Assembly (NCBI GenBank): GCA_964016885.1
Contig: OZ024742.1
Span: 214,272,001 to 214,336,000, forward strand
Direction of reading: 5' to 3'
Source: Eledone cirrhosa
Taxonomy: Eukaryota
Length of the DNA: 64,000 nt
A program made the position numbers and the translations under genes. Positions within the stretch are counted from its first letter, which is position 1. The number at the start of each line of letters is the position of its first letter. Under the pieces are notes generated by a model. It did no database searches. It saw nothing but the letters and a program-made list of their open reading frames with translations, and was not told the DNA's origin. Shown one piece after another: positions 53,176 to 64,000 of the stretch.

Positions 53176-53722
53176 ATAAAGGGACGCAACTCTATGCTGC
53201 AAAGCATGGCGTCCGACCCTCTACCGATACTGCCAATCCACCGCCTTTATTTTATCGATCTCGTAAGGATGAAAGGCAAAATTAACCTCGGCGGGGTCGA
53301 TAAATAAGGGCGGTGGATTGGCAGCATCGGTAGAGGATCGGACGCCATGCTTTGCAGCATAGAGTTACGTCCCTTTATGATCTGAGTTCAAATCCCGCCG
53401 AGGTTAACTTTGCCTTTCATCCTTACGGGGTCGATAAAATAAAGTACCAGTCACGCACTGGGTCGATTTAATCGAATTTCCCATCCCCCAAAATTGATGG
53501 CCATGTGCCTATATAAGAAACCATTATTTCTTCTAGGCGGTGGATTGGCAGTATTGGTAGAGGGTCGGACTCCATGCTTTCCAGCATAGTTACGTCCCTT
53601 TACGATTTGAGTTCAAATCCTGCCGAGGTTGACTTTGCCTTTCATCCTTACGGGGGTCGATAAAATAAAGTACCAGTAATGCACTGGGTAATTGCTGGCC
53701 TTGTGCCTAAAGTAGAAACAAT
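53176..53722. mobile_element. SINE S1 cluster: inverted head and body pieces (53176-53295, -), long variant (53309-53523, +), short variant (53536-53722, +)
   Basis: Direct alignment to S1; embedded in (CTT)n. Confidence 0.88.
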
Positions 53723-54113
53723 TATTTCTTCTTCTTCTTCTTCTTCTACTACTTCTTTTACTCCTTCTTCTTCTTCTTCTTCTTCTTATTATTATTATTA
53801 TTAATCTCCTTCTCCTCCTACGCCTCCTCCTCCTCCTCCTCCTCCTCCCCCTCCTCCTCCTCCTCCTCCTCCCCCCACCTTCTTTTTCTTCTTCTGTTGA
53901 TATAGTTCTAGTCGCCGACGCAGCTGTTAACGTTGTTGCTGTATTCGTTGGCTGTAGAAGGTCTATTTTTGAATACAGCAATTGGTGAACAACAACATCC
54001 GTGGTGACAGTTTATCAGTGCGGCAATCACTGCTTCGCTGAATTCCTGAGTAGGAAGGTGACGAGGGACCGTCTGCATCTCGATGCAAATAACTACCGTT
54101 GAAAATCCCTCTC

Positions 54114-54169
<56 letters not shown>

Positions 54170-54181
54170 ATGTGTGTATAA

Positions 54182-54275
54182 TTGTTTCTACTTCAGGCAC
54201 AAGGCCAGCAATTATCCAGTTCATTACTGGTACTTTATTTTATCGACCCCGTAAGGATGAAAGGCAAAGTTAACC
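54182..54275 (-). mobile_element. SINE S1 3' half
   Basis: Reverse complement of the S1 3' half. Confidence 0.85.
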
Positions 54276-54286
54276 ACGGATACAGA

Positions 54287-54394
<108 letters not shown>

Positions 54395-54465
54395 GTGTAT
54401 ATACATATATACATATATACATATATATGTGTGTATGTATCTCTCTCCCCCTCTCTCTCTCTCAC

Positions 54466-54517
<52 letters not shown>

Positions 54518-54600
54518 GTGTATATACATATATACATATATACATATACATGTGTGTATGTATATCTCTCTCTCTCTCTCTCTCTCTCTCTATAAATATA

Positions 54601-54632
<32 letters not shown>

Positions 54633-54698
54633 CGTATATATATATGTACACACATATATACATATGTATGTGTGTATGTATGTCTATATATATATATA

Positions 54699-54947
54699 GT
54701 GCCTTTGCTCACTATAAAAGCGCACGGCACAGGCATTGCTTTATATCTGGAGATCTCTCTGCACTTGTCGTCACATGGTACCATGGGCCCAGCACTATGT
54801 GCCAATAATTGTCACAGGTGTAGTGTCTGTACCAGAGTTTTCAAGTCGCTGGCTGGACTAAAAAGTCACACTCGTTCAGCGCATCGGTAGAGGTTCTCCT
54901 ACATGGATATAAAGTAGTGGCCGTACTCGAAAACGAGTTGGCAGCCA

Positions 54948-54950
<3 letters not shown>
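54699..54950 (+). mobile_element. 3' end of an RTE-like LINE (terminal C2H2 finger) in (TA)n
   Basis: [22 protein letters not shown] then stop, hairpin CTCG-AAAA-CGAG and GCCACC before (AT)n, parallel to the 29100-29247 end. Confidence 0.65.
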
Positions 54951-55020
<70 letters not shown>

Positions 55021-55499
55021 TACATATATACATATGTATGTGTGTATGTATGTCTATACGTATATATTTATATACATATATTTATATATGATTAAATACA
55101 TACTTACATATATGCATACACAAATCCATCCATACATACATTCATACATCCATGCATACATACCCATATACATACATACATACATGCATACATGTTGAAT
55201 GACTGGATATTCTTTAACTATACTCACTGAAGACACCTTTTATTGAATTAGCAGATTAGTATAGATATCCGACTAAATACTGAATCAATTCTTCAAGTAT
55301 TTGCTACAAACAGCATGGATGACACAACATGAACATCAACAACATTAGTGGAGTACTGAAGAAAGGTAAACAAAACACGAGAGTGGTAAATAAAATCTCT
55401 TTACTTGTAGCTACAGATGGATCCGAATTCACAAATCGTAAAAATGTCACCATGTTACTATTTCCTTATTAGTCATGATGTAGTGGCCAAAACATTATG

Positions 55500-55920
55500 C
55501 AATGCAATCCGTAGAAAAGATAGCCCCGACAATAAACATATTAAAGGTTACAGCCATATGGCAGGCATATACACACATAATATGCAAGTATAGCATACCA
55601 GATAAAATGATATGGGACAGGGTAAAGAAGGAAGTCAGCTGCCCACCCAATGCCAATATAATATCAAAGATTAGTGAAAAGGAGGATACCTATGCAGAAC
55701 TATTAAGGAATCTGTAGATACTCCACCCTGACTATACCTTCAGATTTATTCTTGTGATTATTTGGGCACTGGGATATTTTAGTAACTGCCTCAGTACAAA
55801 TCTTGAGAGGCTGGACTTCACATAACAAGAAAGAATAAGACTAATTAGAAAATTACATGTAAAATGTATTAATGGAACAGTAGGAATATGTAAAACATTC
55901 CCAAAGTTCTGCATGTCATA
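55500..55920 (+). pseudogene. Old RLE-type LINE 3' fragment (third family)
   Basis: Reads IPDKMIWDR..EVSCP..KISEKEDTY..LVIIWALGY, matching the PD..E/D.S.P..K..Y..PVIIGALG pattern. Confidence 0.65.
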
Positions 55921-56329
55921 ACGTCATGTACACATGTACAGATACGAAGCATGTATAACTCAAATCATACACCTCCACACATAAAATAACATCCATACTT
56001 GCACACACATACACGCATGCAGACATGCATACATATCTACCTAGTTGATGTCTAAATTCTATTCATTCATACATTTATGCATATATAGAAATATATATAT
56101 TTCTTGGTGTACATGATAACTGGCTTTGTGTTCAAAATCAAATAATTTACAAATCAGCCGAAATATTCGGGGTCGTCTCTTATTTCTAATCAAATATAAT
56201 TAGGGAAGTGTAGATTATTTTTCAAATGCAGTTCACCACAAACAAGTTGAAGACCTTTTCATTTATTTTACTAAATTTAGGAGAATAAATAACTTTCTTC
56301 AAATTATAGTACTTTTGATCACAGTATTT

Positions 56330-56438
56330 TCAAATCCCGCCAAGGTTAACTTTGCCTTTCATCCTTACAGAGTCGATAAAATAAAGTACCAGTAATACAC
56401 TGGATTAATTACTGGCCTTGTGCCAAAAGTAGAAACAA
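56330..56438 (+). mobile_element. SINE S1 3' part
   Basis: From the B-box to the terminus. Confidence 0.85.
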
Positions 56439-58460
56439 TTATTTTCGAAACAATTATTTTGTCATTGGGCTTGTTATATTATTTGTATTATTGAAACTAC
56501 TCAGTTGTATTTTATCTCGTCTCTATGATAGAGTAGACATATGATTCAAAGGCATCCCATCTGCGTCCATATTCTCATTTTATAGATATATCGGCCATAA
56601 TCTCATGTGCTCTATATTTACTTAAGCTTATGTGATGATGATTAAGGAAGAGATATAGCGACCACGAAGAGATTCTTTGTTGATTCAATTTTAGAGCACT
56701 TTATATTACCTTATGAAAACTCATAATTTTACGTATTTAGATTAATTTTACGTATTTAGATTTAGACAAGGCGAAATCATTACCTTCTCTTTTGATTATC
56801 GGCACAAAAGAACATCAAATATAAAACGTATGCTACAGCTGTTGGTTCGACGCTTAAACATATACAATCAGCTTTATACAAGAAATCGCAAAGCATTTCC
56901 TTCTGTCGTCATCCTTACTCTATCTCCTCACTCTGATCCAGCATTTAACGCATCACGCATTCTTACATCCCCAATAATTCAGAGCCTTTGAAATGTCTTC
57001 CCCACCCACTTATGTTCTGTTAAAACCAACCAAATAATGATAAATCTGAACATCAAATGCATCAATATTACCAGAATACACGTGCTTGTAAAAGTCACGA
57101 ACACTGCTATTTATCCTCTGACCGGTTTATAAATGAGTGAACATTCTGAAATACTTTGCCATTTCCTGTTTCCAAGGCTGGTAATAATGTTATTTATTCC
57201 ACGACCAGTCAGTAGATCTATGATCAAATATGTTTCACCTGTGACCAACCCATGTTTATGTGTATACAAAACTTGTATTGTTCAATATGTCTTGTCTTTA
57301 CACGGTACAGCTAGTTCTAGCATATCAAGTGAACATATTGATGTTCAACGTTGATTCAACGTATTTAAAGTAACAGAGAGAAAGAATAGAAGAAAGATCC
57401 GTTCATATTAATACTTAATATGGAATATATTTTTGATAAAATTCCTATTCAATAATTGTTCTTAATTATTTATTTATATGTTTGGTTGTTCTCGCAACAG
57501 AATATCCGAAAACGAATATCTAAAATCGATTTGTAGAAATCGACATTTGAAATTAGAACACTAGGTGTTTCCGTGGAAATGAATGAAATAGACGGAACAC
57601 CTTACTTTGGCAGTTGAAAAATACAAAATCTGTTGAGGATTATTATCCAGAACAGAACATTGATTCGGTAAACTAATTTAAAATGCACATTTTAAAAAAT
57701 AATTTAATTTAAAACTAAAGAGGAATATTTTCAGATCATTGCAAACTAAAGATTCTGTTTTTATTGCGCAAAATTATAACAATAATTGAATTTACAGTTG
57801 CTTCAATATTTACAACTTTTGATTATTCGGGTCTGTGCCAAGGATAATGGCATATTTTGTGTAATTAGCCAGTGAACATAAAATAATTCTAACAGAAAAA
57901 TTCGAAAAGAATATTATATATAAAAAAACATATTTCTTTATTTTATTCCAAGTATAAAATATGAACTCATAAATAATATTTAAAAATAGTGATGTTGGGC
58001 GTGTGATTATGAGAAGATGCAAATGTATATATATATTGTTTGATACGACTGTCATATATTTTGAAGAATGGTGTTAACTAGACAACAATAAGGGCACACA
58101 CAAAAAAGGCAATGCGTTCTCAATTTATAAATCGTCAATGTTATTCACCAAAATGTTTTTGCATAACTCAGATATAATGCAGAAGACTCGCAAAATGAAA
58201 CCAATATATGTTAGCTCAATATTGTTAATAACTGCTGTTTCTGAAAAGATAATAAAAAGTTTATACCGAAAAATCTTCCAGCAATAGAATGTAATATGAC
58301 ATAATTTCACACACGCACACACACTCTCTCTCGCAGATACACACACACAACGCACACTCATACACACACAAAAACAACAACAAAACAAACAAACAAAAAA
58401 AGCAAGCACAGTACAAATATACGTACTTGTTTATTTGCTTACAGATGGTCATCATGCATT

Positions 58461-58614
58461 GGACGCCATGCTGTCCAGCATAGTTACCTCCCTTTACGAT
58501 CTGAGTTCAAATCCCGCCGAGGTTGACTTTGCCTTTCATCCTTACGGGGTCGATAAAATAAAGTACCAGTAATGCACTGGGTAATTGCTGGCCTTGTGCC
58601 TAAAGTAGAAACAA
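58461..58614 (+). mobile_element. SINE S1, 5'-truncated
   Basis: Matches S1. Confidence 0.9.
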
Positions 58615-58799
58615 TTATGATTATCGTCCTTTTGGTTTTTTTAAATCTCAGATGAATGCATCTCAATGCCTTATGTGTGCCTTCGGTCGTAGACGGTATA
58701 TGTCAGGTATTACTCTAGGTCCTGACACGTTTACTGCTCCACCTCGTAGTACTGACAAAGTTTCTCATTCATATCATCCATAACACATCCAGTAGAAGT

Positions 58800-59200
58800 A
58801 CCATCAAAATAAAAGACAGATAATGATGTTCTCTTTTGGTGGATTGATGTTTCTTTTCAGAGTGTTCTCCGGTTAGGTTTTGAAACATGCTTTTGTTATT
58901 TCAGAAAGGCGTTGATCATGGTGTCATCGCTTTTACGGGATTATATAGTGTAGATGAGAGTCAGATATCTGCTCTACATGCCTGATCCAACTAAGTTGAT
59001 GCCTTTATCGTGTGAGTTTAATGATGCTAGTCTTCCTTTGACCGGTTATTTCTACCTGAATTATCCAATATCACCAGGCATCAGAACATATTCTAGCTTG
59101 TATCTAGAATCAGCAGATGCTAAACTCCTTGTATCCATGGTTGTTTGCATAAACTCGGTTAGGAGGTTCCCATTAATGGACCCGTCCGCTACTTTACTAT
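58800..59200 (-). pseudogene. Highly decayed RTE-like RT C-terminal fragment
   Basis: Minus strand gives RHQLSWIRHVEQISDSHL, resembling the RTE RLRWLGHV.RM.D motif. Confidence 0.4.
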
Positions 59201-59204
59201 TATG

Positions 59205-59605
59205 GTAGTATCGGTAGAGGGTCGGACGCCATGCTTTGCAGCAAATAGTTAAGGCCCTTTATGGTCTGAGTTCAAATCCCGCCGAGGTTAACTTTGCCTT
59301 TCAGCCTTACGGGGTCGATAAAATAAAGTACCATTAATACACTGGATAATTTCTGGCCTTGTGTCATAAGTAGAAACAATTATTACCTAATATTTACATT
59401 TATACACTGCGGGGGAGCGTCGGTCATGATTTATGGCAGCGAGTTACTGTCCTTTACGATCTAAATTAAAATCCAGGCTAGATCAGCTTTGTCTTTCATC
59501 TTTACGGGTTGGATAAAATAAAGTACCAGTAATGCACTGGGGTCGATTTAATCGACTTTTAGCTGCCCATAAAATTATTGGCCCTTGTGCCTAAATCAGA
59601 AACCA
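59205..59605 (+). mobile_element. Two tandem SINE S1 copies (short variant, then an older long variant)
   Basis: 59205-59379 and about 59405-59605; the second retains GGGGTCGATTTAATCGA. Confidence 0.85.
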
Positions 59606-59949
59606 TTATTTACCAGGCCATTATATGTTAGTGGGCTTTTACCTTTGCTATGACTGTTGCAATGGGTGATTAGTTGCAATGGTAAACAGTTCTGGCGGCA
59701 AGAATACCGTTTATATTATTATATTCCACAATAGATTTGTTCGAATTGTTAATAATTGAGTTGTAACGTACGTGTCTGTTCATTTGGGAGTCTACTGGAG
59801 TTAGAATCTTAAGCGTATTATTGATATGACCCTCACATTGAATATTTCGTTGGTACCAATATTCATGTTATGCGTACAAATAGATTAATATTAATGTTAT
59901 CAGAGTGGGCTGTAATTTGGAGCTTATTTGAAACCCTATTAAGTATGTA

Positions 59950-60250
59950 AATGATTTTCTGTTAGGCTGTTAGTTGAAAATCTACAGTTTGTAGAGGCAG
60001 GCTTTTTGTTTCAGATTATATGTTATGCAATAAGCTATTTGTATTGAGTGTATAGTAAACATTTGGGTGATATTTATATAGAGGTGGGAAGTATTCTTGA
60101 TTAAGAAGAAAGAATTAGTATGTAAGTGGCGTTTTATACGAGTGCGGAAAGGTGAATGATACCATATGACCCTAATTTGTTTAGACTATCCTTCGTATTA
60201 ATTAAATTCAGTGTTATAGGGCTAAGTCCGAGGTAAGTAGTAATATCAAT
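59950..60250 (-). pseudogene. Decayed Penelope-like ORF fragment (RT-to-endonuclease linker)
   Basis: Frameshifted reading IRVIWYHSPF..EYFPPLYKYHP..IQIAYC resembles the Penelope IIWFNPPF..KHFP..YHKIF..VSYSC linker. Confidence 0.5.
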
Positions 60251-61243
60251 GATGATATCAGAATTAGATAACACGGGGTATAGATTTATTGTTTGATGCA
60301 TCTGTGTTTAGGTACGTGATGTTTAGCATTATGTCATCCAAACGTTTCTATTGGCAGATTTCCCGGGGTTACAGTCTTTCAAAAGCCGAGAATTTCTGTT
60401 GACTTAGATTCATTAGAGAGTTGTCTCGATATAGAACTCGACTTATATTTGGATACAATAATTTCAATTTATAAGGAAGAAACATTCAAATCACGCCTGT
60501 AATTCGGACGTAATCCATCGCCCATATTCTGATATTCTACTGATAATTTTGGGCCATATTTTCACGCGAATATGGAGTAACAAAGACACTGATATATAGC
60601 GGGTTTTTGTAGTAAGTCATAGACGTTCAGTAGAATATACTTTTCTTAAATATGATATTTCAAAGAAATTTCATCAATTTACTAAAGGATTACCTACTGT
60701 CAGTTGAGATACAATTTATTCATTTCTGACAATTTTTAAATAGAAATTCGACACAAGAGGCCATTTGTTATATAAAATGATATATATGAATTTTCTGCAA
60801 GCTCATCTGACGTATAACATTCAGGTGATATGTTGTTAATTTTATAGTTAGAAAAGATTTGTAAACACCCTGACAACGACTAATGGATAATGTTATAGAT
60901 CTATAGCAATCTATCTTATAGCGTGACATGATTTTCAACAACTGTTTCCCTATAATTGGCTAAAGCTACGCGAAACCATTGGGTGAAAACAATTTCACGG
61001 AGTAAGGTTAGGCATTCTTATTCAACACATTTGTATCATGATCCATTTCGGTATAATGTGTTTCGTATCTTCGTTTTTTCCGCTATCCTTATATTCTCTA
61101 TATTCAAAGATCTGACTCTCTTTCTTTCTCTCTCTGTGTGTCTCTCTCTCTGTCTCTCTCTCTATCTCTGTCTCTCTCCTCTCTCACTCGCTCGCACGCT
61201 CTTGCTTTTTGTATAATGATACATGTATATATATATATATATA

Positions 61244-61328
<85 letters not shown>

Positions 61329-62523
61329 TATATATATATTTATTCAGTAGGTATTATATTGATTGGTATTATAGTTTAATTGTTTGCAACTATCATAGGC
61401 AGGATGATCTGGCCGTCTTTCATTCTATAACGCCAGACATTCTTTGACCACTGACAACTCATTTCTTTCAGCTTCTTAATAGCTTTTCGAAAGCGGCTGA
61501 TATTAATTTGTTAAGATTAGTTATCTGCAGTATGAGATTTACTATTTATAAAGGTTCCATGACAAATCCTCTGTTGTTTCGAAATTTATAACAATTGCGT
61601 TATCAAGTAATAATTTTTTTCTGTATAGATTTGCTTTATATTTAGTTAATAAAAGTTGTAATGGTGCTCCGTTATAGATGTATGATCAGCTAAAAGCGTG
61701 GTACTCAGATGCTCAATGTATCAGTTAGAATCATAAAATGTTCTACTCTCATGATTTCATTGCTTCAACATTCCTGATTATATTTGGTAAACTACGTCAG
61801 TCATCTCATATTACTTGAGCAGTTGAATGTTATTCAAATATGATTAGTGAACATAACGAATAAGAAAATTGTATTTAGACACTTGATGTAATTGATATAT
61901 ATGCATATATATATATACAGGTAATATTAATTGTTTCTGGAGCAACATACGCTCTTTTCATTTGATGAAAATGCTTAGTTTTATGAATTTAGATGAAAAA
62001 TGATTTGTGGCTGACCTTTTTGTTTTTATATATATTTCTATTTTTATTATTTACATTTATTTCATTTTTTTTTTTTTTTTTCACAGTTAAGTTTTCTTTA
62101 TTTCATCAAAACAAAAGATACAATGCTGGCCACCATCATTGCCAAAGTTTTAGAGAGAAGTAAAAGGAAGGGAGAGAGATAGAGAGAGACGGCAACATGC
62201 GGTCTTTTCATTTTATCAGTTCCTTGTTTCGTTTCATTTAATTTACCTTCCCAATTATAATATAGACTAACATGATACTTCAGTGGTGTACAAACTCACA
62301 GACCTGTCATGATTGATAATCAGCATATGTCGAATCTACATGTTTTATTACACAACACCTCTAATATCCATCAGAGACGATGTTAGACTTGGGCCAGTTA
62401 CGACTGAGTGACTCGTAAATTCATACTACTAGAAATCTGGGTGATGACTCTCCTACTAACAAAAGTTAGTCTCAACAACTTTCTCTACATCCTTTTAGCA
62501 CTTACACAAATTAAAACGTGGTG

Positions 62524-62800
62524 GCGCGTGGCCTAGTGGAAGGGTTGATGGATTTATGATCATAATATCGTGGATTCGATTTCTTGGCTGGGTTGCGTGT
62601 TGTGTTCTTGAGTAAAACGCTTCATTTCACGTCGCTCCTGTATTCTCAGCTGAAAGTGAGTACCAGAAAGAGATGGCGGTTTAACCTGCGATGGACTAGC
62701 GTCCCGTCTAGGGGAAAGTCTTGCACTCACAGTTACTTCCTGCCAAGAAACCGGGATAAGCACCGGCGTAACGAGTCTTCTGGCTTAAGACCATTTTTAC
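62524..62800 (+). mobile_element. tRNA-derived SINE family S2
   Basis: A-box TGGCCTAGTGG, B-box-like GGATTCGATTTC, CORE-like TGTGTTCTTGAGTAAAACGCTTCATTTCAC, then CTGCGATGGACTAGCGTCCCGTC. Confidence 0.75.
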
Positions 62801-64000
62801 AATTAGATAAACTAATACTAATAACATCTTGACAGGTTTTTATATATATGTCTGCCAGAATTTCCGTCACATGACATAGAGTGTTTAGTAGGAACGCACC
62901 ATATGGTTATGAACTCACCAAAAATAAATAACTTTCGAAATACTTAATCTTGGTGTGTGCAAGTACGGACATCCTTTGCAATTCCTTTGCATTATGGGCG
63001 TAATTCTATCTCTGGCGGTATATTTTTTGCAATTGAATCCACAAATATTATTAGGAGAAACTAGAGAGTGGTTTTAACACCCAAGGAATAATATATAAGT
63101 AGGTTTAACTAGGGCTCACAAACCTTGTATATGTTGAGTAAATTTTGAAGTGGAGCTTAAGGGATGAATTGACAGCAGTCTCATCTCAGGTTTCAACGAT
63201 TCTACGAAGAGTAGATCCTATTACTATTCCGAATAAGAACGACTATTGTCAGCTCGGTGGATTGAGAGTTGAAATAGGCAATCACGATGAATCTCGAGAG
63301 TATTGAACATAGTGCATAGCAACGTCATTTCATATATATGTACGCATGCATATCCTTCAACATTTTCAGAAAATTCTACCTAAATACCGCCATTTGAAAA
63401 TCGGTGAGAACTCTCTACCCTATCGAATATTTTTTTAAATTATTCAGGGGCAATTTATCTGTGCATTGAAATACCTTTAATTTTATAGTTAAGTAACAAT
63501 CAAGCAATTACGCATGACATTTTGCTATCATCGAGCTTAGTGTAACAGAGAATTTCAATGAAAAACAGACAGGTATAGAGAAGGCTGAAACTGTCAAAGA
63601 TGAATAGATCGACACAAATAGACACGTTATAAGTTATTTGACACTGATTGATTATTTGTTCATATCCATCTGTATTGATATTTCGAAATAAATCAGACAT
63701 TCTTTACGCAATTTCCTTTAACTATATTTGGAAAGACAGCGATATCAAACCAAACAGACAAGTAGCAACGATGTAATTTGAATAACGGTTAATCTATGAG
63801 GCTGGCCAAATTTGATATAAGATTCTATCAAGAAGGTAAGACTTGCCGGCTGATATGTGCTGAGAATGATCTAAGAGTTAAGACTAGGTAAACAACATTT
63901 CAGAAAGAGAAAATCAGGAAAAAAACAGACATCAACACCTAAAATTAAATATCAAATAGTATAAGCATGCACAAGTACACACACAAACACACACACACAC

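Noticed and set aside
61449-61497. Hammerhead-like arrangement on the minus strand (also weak ones near 19215-19240 and 60340-60390)
   Set aside because: Core and stem III too degenerate to distinguish from chance.

Overview
AT-rich, microsatellite-dense eukaryotic (animal) DNA made up almost entirely of transposable elements; no host gene is clearly identifiable. The SINE and LINE complement suggests an octopod cephalopod, which is an inference from memory and not a database result. The window holds five Tx1/L1-clade LINE copies, at least three families of R4/Dong-like LINEs with a restriction-like endonuclease (RLE), two long RTE-clade LINEs plus fragments, Penelope-like remnants, a Tc1/mariner fossil, a non-autonomous Helitron and about 15 tRNA-derived SINEs. 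Two patterns stand out. First, about a dozen type I hammerhead-ribozyme folds sit in short islands between (TA)n tracts. Many have non-canonical cores, with CAGANGA recurring in three unrelated sequence families, and one pair lies 512 nt apart like a retrozyme (candidate circular RNA). Several fold-back hairpins are centred on hammerhead stem II. Second, the SINE, two Dong-like families and the Tx1 family nest repeatedly in (TAA)n/(ATT)n tracts with consistent strand polarity, and the SINE and Tx1 have similar 3' ends. All structures and alignments were read by eye; element boundaries are approximate.
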